NCBI GenBank assembly: GCA_043228905.1
Contig: JBHGNT010000020.1
Location: forward strand, 434,001-498,000
Length of the DNA stretch: 64,000 bases
Reading direction: 5' to 3'
Origin: Azolla caroliniana
Taxonomy: Eukaryota; Plantae; Polypodiophyta
The notes beneath the pieces were generated by a model that was given only the letters and a program-made list of their open reading frames with translations, was not told the DNA's origin and did no database searches. The position numbers were made by a program, and so were the translations under genes. This document shows, one piece after another, positions 36,901 through 51,400 of the stretch (position 1 is its first letter; each line of letters starts with the position of its first letter).

Positions 36901-39900
36901 GGTATGAATTCTTGATTGTCACTTTATTCAAGCGTCGGTAATTAATACACATACACCATGTGCCCTCTTTCTTTTTAACTAAGAGAACTGGTGCACCCCA
37001 TGGAGATTTACTATAATGTATATAACCCATTCGTAAATAGTCCTTGAGTTGCTTAGATACCTCATCTTCTTCGGATCGACTTAAGCGATACGGAGGTATA
37101 CTTATTGGTGCAACACCAGTTACAATATCTATACGATGGTCTATATTACGTTTAGGAGGTAACCCATCAGGTAGTTCACTTGGAAAAACATCATGAAAAT
37201 CATTTAAGATTTCATCAAGTTGTTGTTGTTCAAAATATGTTAATTGAACCGAAACATTATCGATATTGTAAACGTGAATGTCCGGATCAAGTACACAATA
37301 AAATAACGTAGAACAAGACAACTCGGATATTGATGGACACGAGGAAACAATCGAGAGGGATTGTTTTTTTACACATTGAATAAAATGCGTACAATTGTTC
37401 AGTACAAAAGAAATGGAATGGCGAACCCAATCAATAAATAAAGAAGAGTTTTTATTATAAAACCAGGGATAACCCAATATTACATCGGTGGTACAAAGAT
37501 TCATTACATGGAAGTCTACTTCCTCTATATAAGTATCAATAGAAATTCCTAATGAATGAATCGCCCCGTTGATGTATTGTACTCTTCCATCGGCCAAGTG
37601 CACCGTGTAGGTGTGATCACTTACGGTGGGTTGGATTCCCCATATCTGAACCAAACGATCCTTCACAAAATTGTGTGAGCTTCTTGAATCAAATAAAAAT
37701 TGTACGGGAGATCCATTGATATACCCGTTTGCACGTAGTAAATCATTGGGACCCAATACATAGTGAGGGAAAGAACATTGACAATTACTTAAATGATGTG
37801 TATAGACCTGAAGGACATTAGGAATTTGACCTTTATGGTCTGCAACTTTAGCTTTGTTGTCGTGCTCTTTCCATTGGAGCTTTCGACATTGATCTTTTGT
37901 ATGACCCTTCTTTTTGCAGAATACGCAAAAAGGATGTTGTCGCTTACAATCGCGATCCAGGAATTCATTGGTTGTCTTGCGTTTCCCAACAAATTGCGAC
38001 TGCTTAGTCCCGGGCGCTTCGTTGGGTTTGTTGTGGTCCTTCTTCTAAGTGCGTTGATAGCGAAGAACTATTTCAACGGCCTCTTCGAAGGATTTTGGAT
38101 CCTTATCGTGCACTATCCAGTGATAGTCCGAATTGGGGATGCCATTGACAAAACAAGCTATCAACCAATTGTCCCCTTCTAGACCCGATTTTTGGATTTG
38201 GGTTCTAGCATGGTGAACATAGTCTTCTAGAGAGGAAAATTTCCTGCTAGAGAGGTTCATTAAAGCTTGTGCTGCCTCGGTTCGAGAGGGAGGTTGCAGA
38301 AATTGGCCCTTAAAAACCGTGACAAAATCTGTCCAGGTATCGGGCAATTTCCCCGTTGTACGGAGCCCACGCCACCAGGCGGCGACCTTACCCCCGAGTT
38401 CTCGGCCGACATATGCAATCTTCGTACTATCTGGCGTAGGATAGAGCTCAAAATGAGACTCCCATCGTCCCAGCCATGTGCAAATTGCTTCTTCGGTTCT
38501 TTCCTTTTTGTCTCCCGTAAATGGCTTAACGACAAATGATGGTTCACCTTGTCGCTCATCAGGTCTATTAGTCTCACGTTGTATACTAATGACACGTGCC
38601 TCAAGAGCACTCTGAGATTGCCAAAGTTCGGTCATCTGTTGAGCGGTGAAACTAAGGTATTGGGTTATTTGTGCCAAATACATCTCAGTGGACATTTGTC
38701 CAGGAGGATTCCCTTGAGTTCCTTCCGCTTGAGCGGATGACATCGGGTCGTTAATTTGAGCCATTAAAGATTATTTCTGGAAAAGAAATAGGATAAGGTC
38801 AGAGAGATAGTCATAACATCATGTCGTGATGTAAACATATCATGGGCAAACATTAATCGATATCATGATCTCACGTCAATACCCGTCTAGACGTATGAGA
38901 TGAGGTTCAAGATCAGGTTACTATGGTAACACAAAGGTGTTTTAAAAACCATGGGGGTGACAAATAATTGTCTTTCCTTGATCTCTATATCGATTTTTTC
39001 ATGGTGGCTCCCCGAGGCTCAACCATGTATGTTCGCGTCATGAATTGTTTATACATGAAAAAAATGTTAACAATAAACTACGTTTCGGTGCCCACATATG
39101 TGGTTTCGGCTCTTTAAGTCCTATTACGAGGACCCCGAGGTGCACTTAGACCTTAAGTCTAAACATGTGTTATAGTCATATGTATCAAGGATATCGTATG
39201 GTCTTGGTCAAATTTTAACTCGAGACCTCGAGAACAAATACATTAAACACTTGAGCCAACCAAGTAAGTTGCTCTTCTTGAATGCTTAATGTTTGATGCG
39301 TACAAGAGATATGCGAGATCATATATGTTTTTTCTAAAAGAACATATATGTCAAGGGTCCTTATTTCGCCCTCATTTACCAAAACTATGTTGGTACGTTA
39401 CCTAACCTCAAGTCTCGTAATTACGATGGCATACGCCAAAGTGCAACCTAATGGTCAAGCCAAATGAGCCCTCGTTTCGTAGTAGGCTCACGTGGCCCAT
39501 CACATGGTCACGTCATTACGAATGCCTCTCGTAAGAATGAGCTCATGGTGACATCGTATCCCTGTAACGAGGGAGGGATGTTGGATACGTGTGTCATTGG
39601 AGCGACCTCACTTGAAATGGGTCAAGCCCTACGTACTCAACATCATTATGGCTATAGGCGTTTCTTTACGTAACGAAATCGAGGTCATCAACGGGGTTGT
39701 CAACAATAAAAAATTGTTGAAAAAGGGATGGTGACAATGCCATTCTCACAAAAATGTGAGGACGGCCACCAACATCCTTTTCTCGACAAGGACAACTTTT
39801 GATATAATCACGTAATAACGAATATACACATATGTTTACTTATCACATATATATGATCAAATACGTATATACATGACCACATATGCTTATATTAACATAT

Positions 39901-40901
39901 CGTTATATTAAATAGCCACAAATGATGTGATCGAGATACGTAATCGAGGTATATACCTCTACGCACACGAAACATCCACAAATAAGAGATCATCGTAATA
40001 CGCAATTGAGGTATTGACCTCTTACGCATACGAGACCAACCGCATATCGTTTACAACAAATCAAGGTATTAAACTCATATGCAAACGTAACATATGTTCG
40101 TGAACGTAATACGTAATTGAGGTATTAACCTCGTACGCATACGACACTCATCACATATTATTAATATGTCAAACGAGGTATTGACCTCGTGCACATATGT
40201 AAACGTTTTAGATAATCAATTAAAGACCACTACAACATCATTGACTTAATGAAAAAAATTGACATATAAACTAAACACATGATTAGATGGGAGAAGAGAG
40301 AATAGAAAAAAAAATTATGGAAAGATTTACCGAAGTTCTTTGTTGATCGTTGTCTAGATCAAGGCCGACCGCACAACGATCGATCAGCATCAATCAAAAG
40401 ACAAATGAAAAACAAAGAAACATTAGTACATAAATCTGATACCAAATATTAGAGATCTGAGTACTAAAGTAAGCTTAAGATAAGGATAAACAAATGATAA
40501 ATAGAAAGGAGAAAGAGAAAGAAGGGTGCTGATCCACCCGACCACCCCCGAGCGAAGGGATCGAGACGGATTCGAGCCTCGATCGGTGTCCCATACCACC
40601 GCCGTGGCGTCGAGTCGTACCTGGTGCTGGCGTGCTTGCTACAAGAGTTGACCCACCACAAGAGCAGAGTCTCGATGTAGTCAAAAGATGATCAAATGAG
40701 GGTAGCTAGGCCTCTAATTTATAGCGATACCCAAGGCCCCCAGGCAAGTTCACACTTGACCTAATGGGTTGTCTCAATCCCGAGGATTAAAAGTAATCCT
40801 CCCCTTCTTTACACTCTCGTTTAACCCTCACACTTATCCACGTGTATAGAATACTACGGTAAATTCTCACCACGGGATATTAAATGGTCTTGCCCATAAC
40901 A
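33917..40901 (-). mobile_element. Element D: Ty3/Gypsy chromovirus inserted in gag of C
   Basis: 455-bp LTRs 40447-40901 and 33917-34371 (~9 differences by eye). TSD CTCCT (33912-16, 40902-06). iMet-type PBS ~40434-44; PPT 34372-80. gag 38764-; PR-RT-RH 37756-35651 (FLDD); INT 35476-34358 with C-terminal chromodomain PERILD..FKIKW..EATWE. Confidence 0.95.
39925..40200. repeat. Degenerate tandem repeats (GAGGTATTxACCTCxTACGCATACGA core) in the 5' UTR of D
   Basis: About 5 copies at ~55-65 bp spacing. Confidence 0.7.
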
Positions 40902-41768
40902 CTCCTCATCTAGCAAGCTCGACTTCACTCTTGCTAGGGATAACCATTTCCCTTCCGGCCCGGCGTTGCCCAAGGTGACAACCAACGTCTCCCAACTATC
41001 TGGGAGGGAACCGAGCAGGAGTAGTGCTAGTATCTCATCGACAAGAGGTACTTCCAATGATGTTGCCTGGTGAATCAGCCCCTGGAAGGCATTCATGTGG
41101 TCCGCCATGCTGGAGCCATCTTGGTACCGGAGTCTTACTAGCTTCCGAAATACCGAAACCTGATTGATAGCATTTTTGTTCTGAAACATAATCTCGATCT
41201 TCTCCTAGAGCTCATGAGTCTTGCTCTCTTCATTGAAGTTGTTGTATAGGCTCATGTCAATGAAGCACCGTATGTAAGCCGTTGTCTTCATATGCATCAC
41301 CTCCCATATCGCAACGTCGATTTTGTCCGGTCTCTTGTCCCCGAACTGAACGGGCAGCCAAAGGTCTTTAACCACGAGCATGTCCCTCATCTTCGACTTC
41401 CACACCGAATAGTTGGAGCTGGTGAGCTTGAACATGCTTCCCAACGAATCATCCATTTTTCTGTGTTGCCTTGCTCTGATACCACTTTGACAGAAATGCA
41501 CGTTCCCTTCCGTCACACTCGGCCACAACCGAGTCTAAAATCGAAACATAGGAAAAACGGATAATGAATGCACGACACAGAGGAGAGAAAAGAGTACACA
41601 GGATGTTTACGTGAAAAACCCAAACTAGGGAAAAACCACGGCAACCCACAGACTACGAACTATCACTATATCACAAAGATTACAACAGTGAGCTCACGAG
41701 GCAACGAACTCGTGCTCACGATCTTCGCCATAGGCGGCGGTTACAACAGAGGCAACGGCCTCTTCGTT

Positions 41769-41817
<49 letters not shown>

Positions 41818-44800
41818 ACTGTTGTGCTCTAATCTTGCGCCAACAAGAATAACAACACCCACAAACATAACAGTTTGCCCTAAGTCATATTTATACTAAA
41901 ATGATTTTTTGGCTATTTACAAATATAGCCCCGATGGACTCTCAGAAACATATTTACGAATATGTCCCTTCATCCGGTGATCACTCTTCACCGGGCTTGC
42001 ATCATCCGGCGCTTGCCGGGCACTCATCATCCGGTTCTCACCGGGTCTTCATCATCCAGTTCTCACCGGGTCATCCGTAGTCAGGTACTCCTCATCCGGA
42101 GGGACCTGTTTCCTAACATTTTCCCGTTCTCCCCATCAAGTGCGGCACGTCGAGATGCTGAACACCAAGCATTTGGGTGAAGTGCTGCAACTTGTCCGAT
42201 CCAAGCGGTTTTGTGAAGATGTCGGCAACTTGTCGATTCGTATGAACATACCGAAGTTCGACTTCACCACCCAGGACACGCTCACGCACGAAGTGGTAGT
42301 GCACTTCTATGTGCTTTGTGCGAGCATGGAATACGGGGTTCTTGGCGAGCTACATGTTGCTTATGTTGTTGCAGTAGATTAGGATCGGGGTCGGCACCTC
42401 GATCCGCAGGTCTTGCAGTAGTCGCTGAAGCCAAATGGCTTCATAGGTGGCAACGGTAGCGCCCCGGTATTCAGCCTTAGTGCTCGAAAGGGCCATTGTT
42501 GGCTGTTTTCTGCTGCTCCACGCAATAGCCACGCTACCAAGGTAAAACATATAGTCGGAGGTGGATCGGTGATCCGATGCATCGCCGGCCAATCGGCATT
42601 GGTGTAGCCGACTAGCTCTTCGGTTATACCATGCCGGTATAAGTGTCCCCGGTCCTTCGTGCCGCTCACATATCGCAAAATTCAATGCACGCACAGAAGG
42701 TGCTCCACGGTCGTCTTCTGCATATATTGGCTGATCACACCGACTAGATAACTGATGTGGGGTCGGGTGATTGTCAAATATATAAGGCTTCCGACGATTT
42801 TTCGGAACCGCTTCTCATCGTAGGCCGGTTCGGACTTGGGACGGAGCTTCTGGTTCCAGTCCAGGGGTATGGAGATTGGTTGGCATTCCGTCATGCCGAA
42901 CTTGTACAACATATTCAACACATAGTGTCTTTGTGAGAGCAAGATGTCTTCGGGGGTTCGGATCACATCGATCCCAAGGAAATAGTGAAGGTCCCCCAAG
43001 TCCTTCATCTCAAATGTGTCTGACAGCTGGGACTTGACTCAGCTGAGTTCATCGAGTCCGGGTCCGGTGATGACTAGATTATCAACATACAACAAGATGC
43101 AAACTGGACCGTCCGGACCTTGCAGGATAAACAATGAAGAGTCAGACTTGGAGGCCACAAACCCCATCTTACACAACCGGTGTGTGATCTTCGCATTCCA
43201 AGCTCGGGGGGCTTGCTTCAGGCCATTAAGTGACTTCTTCAGCCGGCATACCGCCGACTTGTTCATCTCTGACTGGAAACCGGGGGGTTGGGTCATAAAG
43301 ACCTCTTCTTCAAGATCGCCTTGAAGAAATGCATTCTTCACGTCCATATGGTGAAGATGCCACCCCCTTACCGCAGCAACCGCCAGCACCGCACGAACCG
43401 TTCTCATCTTCACTCCAGTAGCGAAGGTCTCGTCATACTCGATTTTGTGGGTTTGCACATATCCCTTCGCCACTAACCGGGTCTTGTACCGATTAACCGA
43501 ACCGTCGACATTGTACTTTATCTTGTACACCCACTTACATCTGATTGGTTTATAGTGTCGGGGAGGGTCAACTAGGTACCATGTGTCGTTGGCATCAAGT
43601 GCCCGCATTTCTTCCTCCATAGCGGCACACCAATTTGCGTCCTTTGCCACTTCTGCGTAGTTCTCCAGCTCACGCACTTCCGCCACCTTGGTCATGTACG
43701 CATAGTGATGCGCCATGTACTTATTGTACCCATACTGCTTCACAAGATTCTTCTGGCTGGAAGACCGGCGTAACTTATCGTTACCCAGTTTGGGGCCCTT
43801 CTTGGCCGGTTCGGACTTCGTTCCCGAAGATCCACCTTCATCCTTTCTGAAGTCGGATTCTCTCCGATTCAACTCAATGTTGCCGGTTTCATATTCCGGC
43901 ATCTTCTTCTTCCCCTTTTCCTTGCGTGTGAACCGTCTACTCGGTTCCTTGCACGGGGAGACCACGACCGAGTCTCCACTACTTGTTGGTTCCTTATCCG
44001 ATTGGTCATCACAACTCAGTCGCTCGTTCGGCCCGCTCAACCGAAACGATTCTGGGCTCACATCTAGAGTCTCGAGCCCTTCGTCTTCTGACTGGACCGG
44101 TTTAGGCTCACTAGCCTCATCCTCTGGTATTGGGTTAGGGTCAGAAATCGGAGTCGGCAAGGCATACCATGATGCTGTCTCATCAAACTCAACATCTCGA
44201 CTAACTCGGACTTGCTTTGTCCGGGGGTTATAACACTTATACCCCTTTTGCTCATGTGAGTAACCGACTAGGATGCATTTCTCCGACTTTGCATCCAACC
44301 TCCTCCGCTTCTCATCTGGCACATGCACATATGCAATGCTACCGAATATCCGAAGGTGTCTCAAATTCGGCTTCCCCCCGAAATACAGCTCATGCGCGGA
44401 CACCTTGTCACCGATCCGGTTTTGGATATAGACGGTTGTCCAGACCGCGTCAACCCAATAGTATTTGGGCATGATCTTCTCCTCCAGCATTGCGCTTGCC
44501 GTGTCGATAAGAAACCGGTTCCTCCTCTCGGCCACACCGTATCTTCAACTGAACTCTCTCCGAATTCCTTTTTGTTGCAGATAACTGTTGAATTGGCCGG
44601 AAAAATATTCCTTTCCGCCATCCGACTGCATGCACTTGATCTTCCTCTCTGTTTCCTGTTCAACCAGGCTTTGCAAGTTCTGGAAACACTTGAAGACTTC
44701 ACTCTTCCGCTCAATGAGGTAGATCCATGTGTGCCAGCTGTAGTCGTCAATGAAGGAGACGAAGTATCGACTCCCGCCAAGACTAACGTTCTGTGCCGGT

Positions 44801-46589
44801 CCCCACACATCCGAATGAAAGCCAATGTTGCTCCCCGAGTTGCCAGCTTGTTACGGCTATGGTTTCGTCCGGTGGGGAATGGAAGCCAGTGTTGCTCCCT
44901 GAGTTGGCAGGCTTCATATATTTGAACGTTTCGGCCATTGAACTTCGGCAAACCGAAAAGAACTTGTTTCGTTTGTAGGTCTTGAAGCCTCCAGTAATTG
45001 ACTTGGCCGATCTGCTTGTTGCAAAGATCAATATCCAATTCAATCTTCTATCCTTTGGCGAACAAAGTAGTGCCGACGTAATTGGTGTCGAGGATGAACA
45101 TCCTGCCATCTCTGCACCCTTGTGCAATAATCTGGTCCTCTTCCTCGATGAAGCACCCAAGGTGCGTAAACCGCACCTGCATCCCTTGGTCAATGATCTG
45201 ACTGACTGACACCAGGTTCTTTGTGATAGTCAGAACGTGTAATACGTTCATCAAATTCCCCTTGTGTTCGACGTGGCTCAAAGGGACTTCTCCGACATGC
45301 ACGATTGGGTGAGGAGTGTCGTCTCCGGTTTGAACGACTCCCGGTTGTTCCGGTTTCTCCAAGAAAGAGAACCACTCTTTGTGGTTCGTCATGTGATTCG
45401 ACGCACCGGAATCAATGTACCACACTTCCTCTGATTTAGAAGCGGTCTTCTTCATCGAGTTAGCCTCGTGTTTCATCACTAAGGTTGGCCCTTTACTGGC
45501 TTTTCTGGTTTCAGATCCTCCTGATCCTTCTGCGTAATGCGAGTATTGCCGGTTCTCTTTGCCAGTCTTGCAGGATCCGGATCTGTCCGAATCAACATGC
45601 TTCTTCCAGCACTCTCTTTCTCTGTGGCCCTTTTTATCATAGTACAAACATTCCGTGTCGGCCTTTGCTTGCCGGCCTCGGGCGCCGCCTTGACTCCCCC
45701 TACTTGTGGAGGGTCCGGAATTGCTGTCAGCACGTTCTTTATGCCTTCGGTCCTGCTCTTGCCGGCCGCTACCATTGCGAGCCGATCCACCTCGTCCACC
45801 ACGCCCACGGGGCTAATCCACCTCCGTGTACAACATCTGGCTGCCGACGTGATTCTCCTCTATAAGGAGCATCGATTGTAGGTTGAAAAACGACGACGTA
45901 TTCTCCTGTGTACACACAACAGTTCGGAACGCTCTGAACTTCGACGCCAATCCCCCGAGACAGATCTGCAACATCTCGCCTTCCTCAACGTTCACATCGA
46001 TAGAGGCTAAGGAGTCGCATATCTCTTTGATCTTTGAGGTGTAATCAGCCACCGACAAGTCGCGTTGTCGTAAGTTGCTCAGCTCCTGTCGGAATTGAAG
46101 CTTCCTGACTGTTGTGCTTGTGGCGAAGATCTTCTTCAGATTTCCCCAAGCGTCCTTCGGTGTTTTTGCATCCCGAATATAGCTCAGAAGCTGTTCGCCC
46201 ACACAAGACGCGAAGCAGTAGAGGACTCTACTCACTGACTGTTCCCAAGCCAAGAAGTCTTTGTGTGTCGAATCGGGTGCTGTGTCATTTGCTCTGTCGA
46301 CATAGCTCCAGTAACCATGCCCGAGCAGGTACTGGTGCATCTTGTAAGACCAAGACGCATAGTTGTTTCTGTCGAGCTTCTCTGTTGGAAGCGAGCTAGC
46401 CATGCCTCTATCCATTTTGTTTTTCTTGTTCCTTGCGAAGGTTAGGTTTTCTTCTTTGAGCTAAGGTCGGCTGGAGAGGTTCTCAACCCTCGCGCTCTGA
46501 TACCATGTAAAAAGAATAGCGTGCGGAAGCAATAGAAAACCGAACTTAGAAACGCAGGTTTAATGGAGAGCTTGAATATACACAGTACT

Positions 46590-46635
<46 letters not shown>

Positions 46636-46640
<5 letters not shown>

Positions 46641-48392
46641 TAGATTATATTATCGTCTTCGGAGGTCAAATATGACCTATGGGACCAAAAATATTACATT
46701 TCACGTGATACGTGTGAAAGTGAGTAGTGAATCTCGATGTTCAAGAGCTTTACCAATGAATGTTGCAATTGAGAGTGCACATTGTGGTTGTGAGAGGAAT
46801 TCATGCAAAGATTGGGCTCGATCGAAGACATGTGGAAAGCATGGTCGAATATGATCAAAGGCAGAGCATTGTAACAAAGTGTGATACTCAGACTCGTGAA
46901 CTTGTTTAGGGCAAAGCGTGCATAGCCGACCACTCTCATCACTTGTGCCCCAACGCCCTGTTTCACATCGCAATGCATGTGATCTAAGTCGCATGGAAGC
47001 AATGGTTCGAATGACAGATAACGGTATGGGCTCTAACATGTATGGATGTGTACGATTTCCCCGTTCCGCAAAGAATATGGTTTTGTAGTTAGGTGCAACA
47101 TGTGTGGTATAATGTGTGAAGCGTGAGCCTCCACATTTGTCCCATGTCATGATACATTGGCGTTGCAAAAATGCCTCATCTATAGAGGAATCTAATGATG
47201 CATCATGAAGCAAGTGTCTCGCATCCCATCTACCAAACCATTTTTCTATATCTTGCATCCAATCGGAACACAAAAATTTGCTTTTATGCGTCTTTTGGAT
47301 CTTTTTGCTTGCTTCCCACGCAATTCTAAGAAGTCGATGTGAGGGACTTTTTTGAACCTTAAGCATGTATTCAACAACCCTTTCCATGGCCATGATCTCA
47401 ATGGGAAGCGATCCCGTCTCAAGCAGGAGGAGGGTGTAGGGCGTTTGTTTCTTAACTTGTAGAAACTTGGTAAGAAAATGCTTTTGGACATTTTCAAACT
47501 CTTTCCACATAGATTTAGGGATGCTACCGCCCCATACTTCCACCCCATAGAGAAGAACCGGTGTCACCAAAGTGTCGAAAAGATATTTCTTAAGGACCCA
47601 ACACTTAATATCTCCAAGATTGCATGTGTTCTCAGATGCATAGTATACTCGCTTACCCGCCTCTAAGCGGCGTGTAGCACATTCATTCCATCTATGATTT
47701 GAAGGAACTTCAAGGCCAAGATATTTGAAGCTTTCCACACATTCAAGTGGCTCATTGTTGTACATAATGCATGGTTTATCTCTTTTTTGGCTCTTCACAA
47801 GCATAATATTTGTTTTAGAGCTATTGACACAGTAAAAGTATAATCACTGTTCATAAGCTTTTGTGCATCTCCTAAAGTATTTGCAAAAATCACTACATCA
47901 TCTGCATATAGCAAAAGTATAATCACAACATTCCGAATGGCAACTTCTTCAACACGTTCTTCCTTTGCAAACTTGGTAACCATTTCTTCCAATTCATCAA
48001 TACATAGACCAAATAGTGTTGGTGAGAGTGGGCATCCTTGCTTAACACCAATAGTGCTTTTGAAAAAATCTGAAAGTTTATCTCTCATGTGCACACAACA
48101 TATAACCTTCTCATAAATTCGGGAAATTGCAAGCATATATTCACTTGGCACCTCATGTTCTTCCATTCGCCTCCAAAGATACTCGCGAGGTACCATATCA
48201 AAAGCTTTCTTGAAGTCTACAAAGCAACAATATAAACCTTTACCTCTAAGGCGACTTTCCTCCATTAATACTCGAAGGGTGATAAGGTGATTAATGGTGC
48301 TATAGTGTTTCCGAAAGCCAGCTTGTCCATAAGCTCTCTTACCACTTTTTTCAGCCCATACACTTATCTTTGATTCCATTATACATCCAAAT
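46636..48392 (-). mobile_element. 5'-truncated LINE (RT plus C-terminal Cys/His domain; RTE/RTE-X-like) inserted in the (GA)n of the B2 5' LTR
   Basis: QAGFRK, CFVDFKKAFD, GVKQGCPLSPTLF, LLYADD, FKYLG, RLRSHALRCETGRW..LCTLC..ESEYHTLLQC. Frameshift near 47820; stop at 46701; (GA)n on both sides. Clade assignment is inference. Confidence 0.9.
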
Positions 48393-48483
48393 AGAGAGAG
48401 AGAGAGAGAGCATAAACTCAATTCAAAAAATAACTCTAACTCTATGTGTACATCCAACGTGCTAAAAAAGTCCATAAAGGACT

Positions 48484-51400
48484 TGTTGAGAGACAAGCTC
48501 AACATCGGCCGGATCGGCTGAAGAAGCCGAGGACCGGATCGGTTGGGACCAATCGGTTAGGCCGAGTGCGTAAACCGGGAGGTCGCTAGGAAAGATATTC
48601 CGTGAGGAATATATTTTGGAGTTAGTGTAGGAGCTCTTAATGAGCATTGAAGTACTGTCAGTACTTCTGTCAGTCCTTCTAGGACTTGTATAAAAGTGTT
48701 CATTGAACACACATATGTATAGAGTGGTGAATAGAGATTGTGTACTTCTGTTATATATTTTTGTGTCTTCTCTCTCACTCTCTCTGTGTCTCCCGCGTAT
48801 ACCGTGTAAGCTCAATCTCTCCATTGAACCTGAGTTTCCTTCCTTCTGTTCCGTCTTCATACTTGCTTCCGCACGTTACTTTCTACATGGTATCAGAGCG
48901 CGAGGGTTGAGAACCTCTCTGTAGCCGACACAGTGACGAAGAAGAACAAGAAGAACGATGGATAGAGGCATGGCGAGCTCGCTTCCAACAGAGAAGCTCG
49001 ACAGAACGAACTACGCGTCTTGGTCCTACAAGATGCACCAGTACCTGCTCGGGCACGGCTACTAGAGTTATGTCGAAGGAACTAATGACGCGGCACCCGA
49101 ATCGACACACAGAGACTTCCCGTCGTGGGAGCAATCGGCGAGCAGGGTATTATACTGCTTCGCGTCGTGTGTGGGCGAACAGCTATTGAGCTATGTACGG
49201 GATGCAAAGACGCCGAAGGGTGCGTGGGAAAATCTGAAGAAGATTTTTGCCGCGAGCACCACAACCAGGAAGCTCCAGCTCCGACAGGAGTTGAGCAACC
49301 TACGACAAAGCGACTTGTCAGTGGCGGACTATACCTCGAAGATCAAGGATATCTGCGACTCCCTCGCCTCCATAGAGGTAAACATCGAGGAGAGCGAGAT
49401 GGTCCAGATCTGTCTCAGAGGTTTGGCGTCGAAGTTCGGAGCGTTCCGAACGACTGTGTACCCGGGAGAATACGCCGTCGTTTTTCGACTTACAGTCGAT
49501 GCTCCTGGTAGAGGAGAACCACGCGGGTGCATCGACGAGCACGCACACCGACAACAAGATGTTGTACACGGAGGGAGAAAGGCCCCATGGTCGTGGCGGA
49601 CGAGCCGAGTCGGTACGCAATGGAAGCGGCCGACGAGATCAAGGAAGAAGGCACTGAAGTGATGCCGACAGCAACTCCGGACCCTCCGGAAACAGGGGGA
49701 GTCGAAGCGATGAGAACCGGCAAGGGAAGGCCATCGCCGAGTGCTGGTACTGTGGCAAGAAAGGCCACAGGGAAAGTGAGTGCTGGAAGAAGCGCGCCGA
49801 TTCGGAGAGAACTGGTTCCGGGAACGGCTCCGGACATACCGACAAGGGAAATCGGCAGTGATCGCACTACGCCAAAGACTCCGGGAGAGCCGGAGAAGGG
49901 TCTGTCTTCGTGACGAGACACGAAGAAAACTCAATGAAACAGAGCACCCCAAGATCGGACGTGGTGTGGTACATAGACTCCGGCGCGTCAAACCACATGA
50001 CGAGCCATAAGGAGTGGTTCTTGTACCTTGAAAAACCGATAGAACCTGGAGTAGTCGCAACTGGAGACGACACTCCGCATCCGATCGCAAATGTCAGAGA
50101 AGTTCCCCTTAGCCATGTCGGGCAGAAAGGGAAACTCATGAACGTGTTGCACGTCCCAACAATCACGAAGAACTTGGTCTCGGTCGGACAGATCGTCGAC
50201 CAAGGGATGGAGGTTCGGTTTACACACCTCGGGTGCTTCATTGAGGAAGAAGGCCGTGTGATTGCGCAAGGGCGCAGAGACGGGAGGATGTTCATCCTCG
50301 ACTCCACTGACGGTGGCACCGCAATGTTCGCGAAGGGACAAAAATCCGAGTCGGACATCGACTTGTGGCACAAGCGGATAGGCCACGTCAACTACCAACG
50401 GCTTCAAGATCTGCAAACGAAACAGGTAGTGTTTGGATTGCCCAAATTTAGTGGCCCAAAGGCACAAATTTGTGAAGCCTGCCAGCTCGGGAAGCAACAC
50501 CGACTTCCTTTCCCCAACGAGCGAAACCGGAGCCGGAACAAGCTCGACCTTATACACTCCGATGTGTGGGGGCCGGCACAAAACGTTAGTCTTGGTGGGA
50601 GCCGATATTTCGTCTCCTTCATCGACGACCACACGTGGCACACGTGGATCTACCTCATTGAGAGGAAGAGCGAAGTCTTCGACTGTTTCCGGGACCTCAA
50701 AGGGTTCGTGGAAACGGAAACGGGACGGAAGATCAAGTGCCTGCGGTCGGATGGCGGGAAATAGTACTTTTCTGGTCAATTCAACGGTTATCTACAACAA
50801 ATGGGAATTCGGCGCAAATTCAGTTGTAGATACACGCCAGAGCAGAATGGCGTGGCCGAGAGGAAGAATCGGTCAGTTGTGGAAGCGGCACGGGCAATGC
50901 TGGAGTAAAAGAGCTTGCCCAAGTTCTACTGGGCCGAGGCGGTAAGGACCGCAGTATACATCCAGAACCGGATCGGAGACAAAGTGTCGGCGCACGAGCT
51001 GTATTTTGGAACGAAGCCGAACTTGCAACACTTGAGGGTGTTCGGTAGCATTGCGTATGTGCATATACCGAAGGAGAAAAGGAGGAAGCTGGACGCATAG
51101 GCCGAGAAATGCATCTTGGTCGGTTACTCGGACGAGCAGAAGGGTTATAAGTGCTATAACCCTCGCACCAAACAAGCGCGTGTCAGCCGCAATGTTGTGT
51201 TTGACGAGTCCGCGTCCTGGTACCTGCCCCCGACTCCGAACCCTGCCCCCAATCCGAGCTCTGACGATGAGGTCAGCGAGGCCGAGATTCCTCCGAATGA
51301 GCCCGAAATCGAGACCCGCGAAGAGAGTCCGATTTCACTCCGCTTAAGTGGACCGATTGGAGGACTGAGTCGGTACGATCAGTCCGATGAAGAGCCGGCG

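Larger units (their letters stand above)
29851..42118 (-). mobile_element. Element C: full-length degenerate Copia (Tork/Tnt1-like) inserted just after B2 RNase H
   Basis: LTRs 41488-42118 and 29851-30410. TSD TTTTC (29846-50, 42119-23). PBS 41473-84; PPT 30411-20. gag from 41456; CFYCAKSGHFQKNC; INT 33344-32301; RT; SWQSRLQKTVALSTTEAEY. Confidence 0.95.
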
